Part shown: one piece after another, positions 20,336 through 28,946 of the stretch
Position numbering within the stretch: the first letter of the stretch is position 1
How the letters are laid out: each line of letters starts with the position of its first letter
Assembly (NCBI GenBank): GCA_963667015.2
Contig: CAXXJJ010000004.1
Coordinates: forward strand, 1,632,001-1,696,000
Direction: 5' to 3'
From: Desulfatiglandales bacterium
Lineage (GTDB): Bacteria > Desulfobacterota > DSM-4660 > Desulfatiglandales > HGW-15
DNA: 64,000 nt
Notes under the pieces: model-generated
The model's database searches: none
What the model was told of the DNA's origin: nothing
Seen by the model: only the letters and a program-made list of their open reading frames with translations
Translations under genes and position numbers: made by a program

Positions 20336-20679
20336 GAACCCCCATTCGTTTTTTTTCGTAAGGCCACCAGTTCAACAGAAAGATCCGCCAGAGCACGTTC
20401 TTTCTCTTCAAGCTCACGTTTCAATGCCTCGTAATCTTCCTCGGATACCATCTTCTTCTTTGCTCCGGGACGGGCAGCCAGATGTTCAAGGGCACCTTCT
20501 TTCACTTTATTGCGTATTCGGTTTAAATCTGTGGAATATATCCCTTCACGGCGTAAAATCTCTCCTACGGGTTTATCGCCTCGCTGGGTTTCTAAATATA
20601 TTTGAAACTTTTTCTCAGGGGATAAATATTTTCGTTTCTTTTTTTCGTCAGTATTCTTTTTATCCTTTGAACTACTCAT
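20323..20679 (-). CDS. IS3 family transposase OrfA
   Basis: GEILRREGIYS HTH, coiled coil, ends ALRKK; AAAGGAG RBS before ATG 20679. Confidence 0.85.
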   Translation of the reverse strand: MSSSKDKKNTDEKKKRKYLSPEKKFQIYLETQRGDKPVGEILRREGIYSTDLNRIRNKVKEGALEHLAARPGAKKKMVSEEDYEALKRELEEKERALADLSVELVALRKKTNGGSWER

Positions 20680-20936
20680 GGTATACTCCTTTCGATTTCG
20701 CGCGGGATGGGCTAACTCCATCACAGAACTCCGCTGCTAATAGCACTTCTTCCTTTTCCGGACAAATCGGCAGGTATACGGGTGTTACGACCAAAGCGAA
20801 TCCATCATTTTTTCTCATGCTCTGACACCCTGACACCACGAGCAAAATGATTATGATAAATAAAAATTGAGTTTTCATCTCTATTCCTCCTGACCCGCTA
20901 AAAATATTATTAAACAGATTTCAACCTGCGAAAGGT

Positions 20937-21166
20937 TATCAACTTTTTTTTGACTGAAGATGAATAGAATTATTTAAAGAATTTACTCATTCCCACGGCC
21001 ACCTTGGGAACGCCTGTTTTGATGCTCTGCGCCGCGTTGCCAACCTTTTTATACATCAAAGGTTTGATCCTGCTTACAATATTATGCTACCTTCCCAATC
21101 CCAATATCAGGCTTACCCTTTAATGAATGTACCCGCTTTTCATCATAAACTTTAAAACTTAACAGC
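20937..21166. repeat. Second copy of the about 240-bp direct repeat
   Basis: Aligns with 13885-14131. Confidence 0.85.
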
Positions 21167-21597
21167 GTTACCCTTTTGTCATTAAAAGCCACCAGGAATG
21201 TCGTTTACACAGGAGCAGAATATTTTATAAAGGCATAATCAGAAGAGCCACAGTAATCCCTTTTCTTTTTTGATGGATATTTGAAATGATTTATGATTAA
21301 ATTTTCAAATATGGTATTGAAGTTGAATATTCGTCTCAAACTCCAGCTCTAATTTTTCCTCAACATCTGAGTTTTTCTACATCACACAGAAATACAATCT
21401 CACTCAATGATCACACTCAATCAACTACCTTTATTAAATAACTAAGAATTCATTTACTGCCTTTCCGAGCATAATTAACTTTGTTTTATTCTTTTTAGGA
21501 ATTTTTAATCGAAGCTTTATAAAGATTCATTTTATATGACTATATACAATGATAGATGCCTTATTCTTTCAATATATAATCTAACAGGAGGAAGGCA

Positions 21598-21903
21598 ATG
21601 CATATCCCGGAAATTAATGATAAAGAAAAAAAGTCTCTTGCACGTTCAGTCTCAATCTATGCCGGTATTAATATAGAGGCCGCGGATAAAGCAGTCGATT
21701 TCGTCTTTCAATATCTCAAAATGTTAACTGAACCATTTTCATATAATGTTGTACTGCCTATTAACGAAAAAAAGCTTAATAAAAGTATCATTCCGCCACC
21801 CATGAAGATAGGCAGCAAAGAAACGATTCTTTCACCACCATCTATTAGGAGACGTAATCATGCCAAATATAGCAGATATAATAGAACGAAGAAATTCTTT
21901 TAG
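21598..21903 (+). CDS. Hypothetical protein
   Basis: Strong RBS CAGGAGG; overlaps the next ORF. Confidence 0.55.
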   Translation: MHIPEINDKEKKSLARSVSIYAGINIEAADKAVDFVFQYLKMLTEPFSYNVVLPINEKKLNKSIIPPPMKIGSKETILSPPSIRRRNHAKYSRYNRTKKFF

Positions 21904-22255
21904 TGACCGATTAAGTTCTCAGGTTCGCTTCATTTCTATTGGTATTTTAGCTACTACCTGGGGGTTTCTGGTTGGCACGACTTCAGTTGCAATTAGCAAT
22001 GAAATCAAAGAAGGGCTGATAATAGCAGCCCTTCTATCAATAACTTCATTGTTTTTTGATTTCTTACAATATTTTTTTGGATATCAGAATATAGTAAAAC
22101 TTCTGAAAGAAATGGAAGCTACTAATTCCCAAAACGAGAATTACAAATGCGACATCTTATATAAATTAAGTAATTTTCTTTTTTGGGTCAAACAATTTTT
22201 CATGGCAAATAGTGTAATATTATTTGTCATCTTTGCTGCCTTAACGGTTGTTTAG
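21860..22255 (+). CDS. Hypothetical membrane protein (about 3 TM)
   Basis: RBS AGGAG; hydrophobic helices, FDFLQYFFGY motif. Confidence 0.65.
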   Translation: MPNIADIIERRNSFSDRLSSQVRFISIGILATTWGFLVGTTSVAISNEIKEGLIIAALLSITSLFFDFLQYFFGYQNIVKLLKEMEATNSQNENYKCDILYKLSNFLFWVKQFFMANSVILFVIFAALTVV

Positions 22256-22744
22256 TTTTTTTGACTTTGGGATATTGAAAGCTTTGTTGGTGCTGTCGAT
22301 TTATTGATTTCTATCAATTTAGAAAACCGTGCGTAAATTGGATGCTCTTTTTGGCGGGGTTCGATTAGCTATTGCCTCTGGTAATGGTACCTCTTCTATA
22401 GGGTCTCGGCTCTGCTAGCCTCTTATCCAATATATTTGAGGACTGTGGAACAGATACTGATAACGCTTTATTTATTAGTTGGTTTTGCACTTCAAGTTGC
22501 GCGCGGTTAACCGGTACTTGCGTAGCTTTTTCAAGAAGATCTTCCAGCATGTCTCTATCGACAAATCGGTTTTTTTGTAGCTTTATGCAAAAGGGTCATA
22601 AAAATGTTGTTAAGGCAACCATCAACTTGAGAGTTGATTTGATAAACATCCCCACCTAATGCATCGATTGCTTCTCGACATGTTGTCGCCTTTTGGGATT
22701 GTTGTTTTATCCAAAGTTCCTACCAATATAATGAAAATACGAAA

Positions 22745-23584
22745 TTAATATAGCAAGTCATTAACACTTTCAAATTCTTCTGAAAGTAGATACATAATAT
22801 TATAAATTCTATTTGCAGTTATATATCCATCGTTTTTATAGAAATTTGTGGAAATAGCAATTAGCTTTGATTTACTTACTAACCATGGAACGTTTACTGG
22901 AGTTGTATTCAGATTCGAACGCCAAATACCTCCACCACTCATACCATATGGTGCAGGTAACTTCATATTTTTTTCAGTAAATGTGTCTGGTGCAAAAAGG
23001 GGGTAATCCATTTTAATTATTACTGGAGAGTTTGATTTTTTACACCAATCAATATCATCTTCAATTCCAGCGATGTAAGCGAAAGACATAAATCTTTCAT
23101 GTTTCTCTAATGGTGTATCATGTAAAACTTCAGGAAAACCAAAAAAGAAAGAAAGGTCTGTATCGAGATTATTAGGGAAAGGCTCAAAATCTGATAGAGT
23201 AAGAAATGTTTTATTATCGAATATTTCGATACAATTATCAGGTAATTTCATATATGCAACATCTAAATCCTCACCATCTGATCCGCCCCATAAACGTAAT
23301 TCTGTTGGTGTAACTAGAATATCAGAAGGTTTAAATGTGCCAATTATATGAATATTCTTAATATTATGATTTTTAACAACATGCGCTGCAGTAATAATTA
23401 TATATGTATCTTCTATATAGCATAAAATACCAGTACCATGATCAATGATTTCAGAATCTTCAACAATTGTAATTACTACAGAGTAATTATTTAGATAAGG
23501 AATTAGGACATTGCTAACAGATTTAGCAATTGCCCTCTTTTCTTCGATAGAAATATTTAAAGCAATTTTATTTTTACTATCCAT
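22745..23584 (-). CDS. Trypsin-like serine protease (no signal peptide)
   Basis: HGTG, ITAAHV (His), DLDVAY (Asp), GMSGGG (Ser) catalytic motifs. Confidence 0.8.
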   Translation of the reverse strand: MDSKNKIALNISIEEKRAIAKSVSNVLIPYLNNYSVVITIVEDSEIIDHGTGILCYIEDTYIIITAAHVVKNHNIKNIHIIGTFKPSDILVTPTELRLWGGSDGEDLDVAYMKLPDNCIEIFDNKTFLTLSDFEPFPNNLDTDLSFFFGFPEVLHDTPLEKHERFMSFAYIAGIEDDIDWCKKSNSPVIIKMDYPLFAPDTFTEKNMKLPAPYGMSGGGIWRSNLNTTPVNVPWLVSKSKLIAISTNFYKNDGYITANRIYNIMYLLSEEFESVNDLLY

Positions 23585-23820
23585 AAAAGAAATGCCTTAT
23601 TTGGTATAAGAGGAGTTACTCAATAAAGGTTTATCAATTCTTGCCTCTTGTATAAAAATGATGGAGGCAAACCTGGACTCTTGACAGTACCCTAAAACTA
23701 TAAATTAAAAACAAATGGATTCTCCGGCCTGTCCCGTCATAGCCTTGAACGACGGCGGATTAGATGGAGAATGACGACAAAAAACTATTCACAAATTTTA
23801 TATGATGATGCGATATAAAA

Positions 23821-23886
23821 ATCTTGATTCAATATTCCCTGTACACAACACTGGATCTTCGACAAGATTCAAAATTCAATATTTTA
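23821..23886. repeat. Inverted copy of the 13789-13853 repeat
   Basis: GTACACAACACTGGATCTTCGACAAGATTCAAAA core. Confidence 0.85.
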
Positions 23887-24039
23887 AATAAAACGATAAG
23901 ACTTGTAATGCAGCAAATCATTATACCCGATAAGATACAATGTGTTAGGTTTAAGACTTTTTCACAAGAAATTCAAGGTTTATTGCTAGATTGATAGACT
24001 GAAGGCTGTTAGAAAAGGATAGAATTTCTATAAACAGGA

Positions 24040-24360
24040 TCAATTCATCTCCTCAAAGCTTTCAACAAAATGTTTTCTGACCTGTTGATTACCAACAAGG
24101 TTGGAAAGTAATCTATAGTTGTCTTTCTCAAAACGTATTCTCCCTGCAATTATAGCCGGATGAATCTTTAATTTTTCGGCAAGCTCACATACCTCTTCGT
24201 TAGTTGCTTTTTCAGAAATTGGGTTTTTATCCCAGATTCGTTTTGGAATAAGGCCATTGGCAGTCATTTCATCAGCCTCTTTTTCCATCCTGCCTTAAGT
24301 ATCAATCTTCTTTCCTGCACAATCAAGATCATCAATAATGAATCCACTGGAAGAAGACAG
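24040..24360 (-). pseudogene. C-terminal remnant of HigA/ImmA-IrrE (HTH-M78 peptidase) antitoxin
   Basis: IIDDLD..*..EKEADEM..LIP...LAEKLKIHPAIIAGRIRFEKDNYRLLS; N-terminus missing, in-frame TAA. Confidence 0.7.
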
Positions 24361-24711
24361 GTTTTAATTGTGTAGAGACAGCATTTACATAAAAATATCC
24401 TTTAGTAAAATCACCCCTAATCTACTTTACTCATGAGTAAAATCGTGTTGAGAATGGGAACATAATGACACTTTGATGGTGGATCAGTGGAAAAAGGCTT
24501 TATTGACAATACTATAACGCATACTTATCTTTTAAGAAATCTAAAGTTAAACCGATATTGAAACAGATTGTAAATTATGGACAAATCATCAAATAAAAAA
24601 CTTTAGCTGTCCCTCTTCGTATGCATCCTTTTCATATTACAGGTTTTCCTGTATGAAATTGATACCTGTTCCTCCTGAAGTACAGCCTGTTTTAAGGAGA
24701 ATTCTTTAAAT

Positions 24712-24835
24712 ATGAACGCCCAACATCGAACGTCCAACTTTCAACTTCCAATGAAAAAGCAAAAGCCAAGAAAAGACAATGTATTTTGCCTTTCATTGAA
24801 CGTTGGATGTTGAGTGTTGAACCTTGGAAGTTCAT
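24712..24835. repeat. Long imperfect hairpin with heptamer-periodic arms
   Basis: CAACATC-GAACGTC-CAACTTT-CAACTTC-CAATGAAA mirrored by TTTCATTG-AACGTTG-GATGTTG-AGTGTTG-AACCTTG. Confidence 0.7.
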
Positions 24836-24923
24836 CTTTTCTACAAACGTTATACTTAATTCAATAGCATTTTAGGCATAAAACCCCACCCTGCATCGAT
24901 CTGTCATTTCGGCATGGACTAGT

Positions 24924-24951
24924 GTAAGGGCACGGCGCGCCGTGCCCCTAC
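24924..24951. repeat. GTAG-type REP palindrome
   Basis: GTAAGGGCACGGCGCGCCGTGCCCCTAC. Confidence 0.75.
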
Positions 24952-24988
24952 GGTAAAAATTTACAACACCTGATATTAGGAGAGCGAT

Positions 24989-25291
24989 ATGAAATCAAAT
25001 AATCCAGGTACAACATTAAAGAGGTTTTATAACCGCATAAACGGTTTGAAAACAGAATACAACCTGACTCCCTATTATGAAAAAATAATCGAAATAAAAA
25101 AACATGAAGTCAAATTCAATATACAGACAGATAGATATCTGAAGGACACCGCAAAAAAACTGTGTGACCTTGCAGCAATGAACTGTTCTTTCGATCAACC
25201 CCCTTTGAAAACATGTTTGCCACAAATCTTGCCACTTCTATGGCGCTTTCAACAGGTTTTACATACTTCTGGCTCTGGCCGTTTCTGGTGA
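24989..25291 (+). pseudogene. Probable truncated N-terminus of an accessory SecA (SecA2-like)
   Basis: RBS AGGAG; RINGLKTEYNLTPYYEKIIEIKKHEVKF..QTDRYLKDTAKKL resembles a SecA N-terminal helix, then diverges; recognition from memory only. Confidence 0.4.
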
Positions 25292-25334
25292 TATTTTACC
25301 TGGTTAGATGGATATATAAAAAAAAGAAATAAAT

Positions 25335-25376
25335 TGTATTGACACATTAATACAATTGTATTATCTTCTTAATACA
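25335..25376 (+). promoter_or_regulatory. Promoter with two tandem YtrA-type operators
   Basis: TGTATTGACACATTAATACA and TGTATTATCTTCTTAATACA; TTGACA 25339-25344, 17 bp, TATCTT. Confidence 0.8.
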
Positions 25377-25403
25377 ATTTATCACTTAAAGGAATCAAAA
25401 GAG

Positions 25404-25811
25404 ATGCGAATACATATCTCAACAAAAGACGGCATACCGATTTACCAGCAGATTATCACACAGATAAAGCACATGGTTGCATCAGGAAGGCTGAAACCAG
25501 GAGAGATCATGCCGCCCATCAGGGTCATGGCAGAACAGCTGCTTGTTAACCCGAACACCGTTGCCAGGGCCTACAAGGAACTGGAAGCCGCAGGAATATT
25601 CACATCCCGGCAGGGATCCGGGACCCGTGTTGCAGAGAAAGGATCACCGCTTGAGTATTCGGAACGTTTACAGGTGATAGACAAACTTGTTGAGGGATTG
25701 CTGGTTGAGGCAGATCAACTGGATTTTTCAGTAGAAGATATTATTGAAATTATAAGACAAAAAAATAAAACCTTTGGAACTTCCGAAAGGAGGAACAACA
25801 AAAATGACTGA
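25404..25811 (+). CDS. GntR family (YtrA subfamily) regulator
   Basis: PIYQQI...IRVMAEQLLVNPNTVARAYKELE. Confidence 0.92.
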   Translation: MRIHISTKDGIPIYQQIITQIKHMVASGRLKPGEIMPPIRVMAEQLLVNPNTVARAYKELEAAGIFTSRQGSGTRVAEKGSPLEYSERLQVIDKLVEGLLVEADQLDFSVEDIIEIIRQKNKTFGTSERRNNKND

Positions 25812-26730
25812 TTCTGATTTCGGATTAAACAAACTGCCTGTTGAAGTAAAGGGACTTACAAGAAATTTTGGTAAAAAAACAGCACTGGACAACGTAGACC
25901 TTCCTGTTTCCAGTGGAAGAGTCCTGGGGCTTGTCGGTGAAAATGGCGCAGGTAAAACCACACTCATTAAACATCTAATGGGCCAGCTCAAAGCTCAGCA
26001 GGGTACTGTTCGAATATTTGGTATAGATCCGGTCAAAGATCCGGTTATGGCTCTAAGCCGAATCGGCTACCTTTCAGAAGAGCGGGATTTACCACATTGG
26101 ATGAGAGTTGATGAGCTCATGAATTACACCAGGGCATTTTACCCTTGTTGGGATTCTTCATATGCTGAAGAATTACGCCGAATATTCAAGCTTGATGGAT
26201 CATCCAAAGTAAAACAGCTTTCCATGGGACAGAAGGCACGTGCAGCATTAATTACTGCATTGGCCTATCGCCCTTCCTTGTTACTCCTTGATGAACCTTC
26301 CTCCGGACTTGATCCGGTAGTAAGGCGGGATATCCTTGGAGCTATCATTCGAACAGTTGCTGATGAAGGCCGCACAGTTTTGTTCTCTTCACATCTTCTT
26401 GAAGAAGTGGAACGGGTAGCTGATGATGTTGCAATGATTCATAATGGAAAGATCGTCATGCATGATTCTCTTGAAAATATCAGGGCAAGCCATCATTTTG
26501 TGACTTTACGCCTCCGGGAACCTGTTAAAGAACCCCCTCATTTTCCGGGAGTATTATCTATTGAAGGTGATGGAGATGAATGGACCATTCTCTGTAACGG
26601 TGATTTCACAAAATTACGTGAAGAAGCAAAAGCCATGGGCTGCGAAATATTTAAAGAAACACCGCCTTCACTAGAAGACATCTTTGTGGCCCGTGTTGGA
26701 GTTGACAGGGCATCACTAAGGGAGGATTAA
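25804..26730 (+). CDS. ABC transporter ATP-binding protein
   Basis: GENGAGKTT, LSMGQ, LLLDEPSSGLD, SSH. Confidence 0.95.
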   Translation: MTDSDFGLNKLPVEVKGLTRNFGKKTALDNVDLPVSSGRVLGLVGENGAGKTTLIKHLMGQLKAQQGTVRIFGIDPVKDPVMALSRIGYLSEERDLPHWMRVDELMNYTRAFYPCWDSSYAEELRRIFKLDGSSKVKQLSMGQKARAALITALAYRPSLLLLDEPSSGLDPVVRRDILGAIIRTVADEGRTVLFSSHLLEEVERVADDVAMIHNGKIVMHDSLENIRASHHFVTLRLREPVKEPPHFPGVLSIEGDGDEWTILCNGDFTKLREEAKAMGCEIFKETPPSLEDIFVARVGVDRASLRED

Positions 26731-26732
26731 TA

Positions 26733-28283
26733 ATGTATTCTAAAGTAATGATGCTTTTATGGGAACGCTGGCACCGAACCCGCTGGGTTGTGACAGGATT
26801 TTGTCTTTTGGTACTCACCGGATTGATATCATCTGTACCGGAATACAGTTCTCTCGGTGATGGTTTAAAGAATTTATATTTTCTTTTAGGATTTATAATA
26901 TTACTGATTGTATTACTCGTTGGTCAGTGTGAAGCAAGGAACCTGGATCTTGCGTTTCCCCAGCGGCTATTTCGATTTCCTGTCAACACTGCTACTCTTT
27001 TCACCATTTACATGGGTTATGGTATTGTCGCTTTAACGCTGCCGTTTCTGCTGCACTATGTTATTGGAAATCTGCTTTTCGGTCAGGTTCCTTTCCTTCT
27101 TACTCCTTTTCTACTTGTAGAAACAGCCTACATTGCCATACAAACATTATCCTGGCTGGGTGGGCCTGCACGCTTTTTGTATGCTGCGTTATCGATTATC
27201 TTTATCTACATATCGTATAAGATCCTGGCAATATTTAATCAAAATATTGGGAATAATATCCTGTGCGTAATAATCATTATTTTTTGCTGTGGAATCTCCT
27301 TCTGGAGTGTTTCGCAATATCGCCATGGCGCATGGTTAAACAGCTGGCAATGGGTAACATCCTTCCTTGATATTTTTCGAAATAGAATTTCCAAGGATTT
27401 TTCATCACCTCTGCAGGCTCAGATATGGTTCGAATTGAGACGAACAGGTAACTTTTTTCAGGTAGTGATGCTGTGCTTTATGAGTCCTTTTTTAGGTTAT
27501 GTAATTTTCCACCTTGTAAAGGGATTACCGCCATCAGCGAAATTATCGATCATTGTTCAGCCTCTGTTCTGGTGTACACTTCCGGCGTCCTGGCTGGCAG
27601 GAATGCTAGTCTTTGCAGTTAATTATCGTGACAAATCTTCCGGTGCGTCGATTTTCTGGCTGCGGCGTCCGATGGAAACACGAACCCTTGCGCTTGCACG
27701 GCTTTATGTCACTATAAGAAGTGCTGTCCAGGCGATTGCCATCTTTTTGGTGTTTGCCCTGGCATTAACAGTACATGATTTAGTAACAGGAGCGTTGGAT
27801 ATATCTGCGATATCGACCGTGTTAGTGCAGGGATCCCTTTATTCGTTCAAAGTTTTCGGCAGGATTGCCTTTGTCATATTCGGCCTTTCTGCCATCTGCT
27901 GGACAATATTCCGACAGCCAATAGCCGCGATTTTTACCTTCCTTGTCTATGCAATTATCACTCTGATAATTGGAAAAGAATCCCCTGCATGGTCATATAT
28001 TGGAAATGCCTTAATATTACTTCCTGTATTTGTGATAGGATCTTTTGTTGTTGCATTACGCAAAAACCTCATTTCAAAATTTGATCTGCTGATTGCCGTT
28101 ATTGTATTTTCTGTTGTAGTAATTTCATTCCTGGCTATTTCTCCGTGGTCGGGATCAGGACAAAATATTGGATTGATGAATTTGAATCAGTGGCAACTTA
28201 TCAGACTGCTCAGTGCTGCCACATTGCCGTTCATACCGGTGGTTGTTACACCTTTATGGATAGAAAGATTGAGGCATCGTTAG
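26733..28283 (+). CDS. ABC transporter permease (duplicated ABC-2-like halves, about 12 TM)
   Basis: LLWERW and QIWFELRR repeated starts, highly hydrophobic, follows ATPase. Confidence 0.7.
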   Translation: MYSKVMMLLWERWHRTRWVVTGFCLLVLTGLISSVPEYSSLGDGLKNLYFLLGFIILLIVLLVGQCEARNLDLAFPQRLFRFPVNTATLFTIYMGYGIVALTLPFLLHYVIGNLLFGQVPFLLTPFLLVETAYIAIQTLSWLGGPARFLYAALSIIFIYISYKILAIFNQNIGNNILCVIIIIFCCGISFWSVSQYRHGAWLNSWQWVTSFLDIFRNRISKDFSSPLQAQIWFELRRTGNFFQVVMLCFMSPFLGYVIFHLVKGLPPSAKLSIIVQPLFWCTLPASWLAGMLVFAVNYRDKSSGASIFWLRRPMETRTLALARLYVTIRSAVQAIAIFLVFALALTVHDLVTGALDISAISTVLVQGSLYSFKVFGRIAFVIFGLSAICWTIFRQPIAAIFTFLVYAIITLIIGKESPAWSYIGNALILLPVFVIGSFVVALRKNLISKFDLLIAVIVFSVVVISFLAISPWSGSGQNIGLMNLNQWQLIRLLSAATLPFIPVVVTPLWIERLRHR

Positions 28284-28322
28284 AGGCCTAAGTATAATTA
28301 TTCAAATAAACAGGAGAAATCA

Positions 28323-28487
28323 ATGTCAGCAAAATCAGAAGTTACAAGATCAGGTATCACATTTGGATCAGCACTTGCTATCACCATTTCATGGTCAATG
28401 AATAAATCAATCCTGTGGGCTATAATTCACGGGCTGTTTTCATGGTTTTATGTGATTTATTATTTTCTCAAATACCACCCCAGATAA
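28323..28487 (+). CDS. Small membrane protein (54 aa), absent from the ORF track
   Basis: RBS CAGGAG; MSAKSEVTRSGITFGSALAITISWSMNKSILWAIIHGLFSWFYVIYYFLKYHPR. Confidence 0.8.
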   Translation: MSAKSEVTRSGITFGSALAITISWSMNKSILWAIIHGLFSWFYVIYYFLKYHPR

Positions 28488-28504
28488 AAACATCAGTCAT
28501 CCCC

Positions 28505-28532
28505 TCGTTCCCACGGAGACCGTGGGAACAAG
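28505..28532. repeat. REP-like palindrome
   Basis: GTTCCCACGG-AGA-CCGTGGGAAC; same family as hairpins at about 13950 and 20990. Confidence 0.65.
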
Positions 28533-28946
28533 AATATCCTAATGTAAGTTGTTTTTAAGCCTTTCACTTGCCCCCTTGGCCCCTTGAATCCTGATCATCC
28601 TTCAAATAATTTGAAGATGATCCAAATATTTTTTGAACAAATTCCCACCATGGTTGTCTAACAATAAAATTGATAACATGCGAGAGATATAGTAATGCTA
28701 TTTACACAATTGGGATATGGACCTTTTCCAGTTACTAATCATCCATGTGATATTTTTTCTTAGCTCAGTCAACCATTTCATATAAAATAGCGTCTTTATA
28801 TAATTGTATCAGAGTTAATTCGGGAATAAATCCCGCCCCTACACTTGATTCATGTATGTATAATTATCTTTGGAAATAATTACGACAAGGTCTGTTTACT
28901 GGATCATCAGATTAAAACATTTCACCTCTAACGGCATATACTAATT

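Larger units (their letters stand above)
19217..20719 (-). mobile_element. IS3-family insertion sequence (orfA/orfB) with atypical ends
   Basis: Flanked by ATCAC direct repeat (19212-19216, 20720-20724); orfA/orfB overlap with A8 slippery run. Confidence 0.8.
18867..20878 (-). pseudogene. Lipoprotein with FlgC-like domain, interrupted by IS3-family element (5' part 20720-20878, 3' part 18867-19211)
   Basis: Removing 19217-20719 plus one ATCAC copy restores an in-frame 167-aa protein with lipobox LVVSGC and FlgC-like NMANVNTT..GGPYRRR..FDPGHPDADSDGY..YPNV. Confidence 0.8.

Noticed and set aside
19986..20825. 279-aa + strand ORF
   Set aside because: Antisense shadow of the IS3 transposase; no recognisable motifs
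24289..24300. In-frame stop in the HigA-like remnant as possible recoding
   Set aside because: The stop is TAA and the N-terminus is missing; ordinary decay
24712..24835. Periodic repeats as a possible CRISPR array
   Set aside because: Units are degenerate 7-mers without unique spacers; no cas genes
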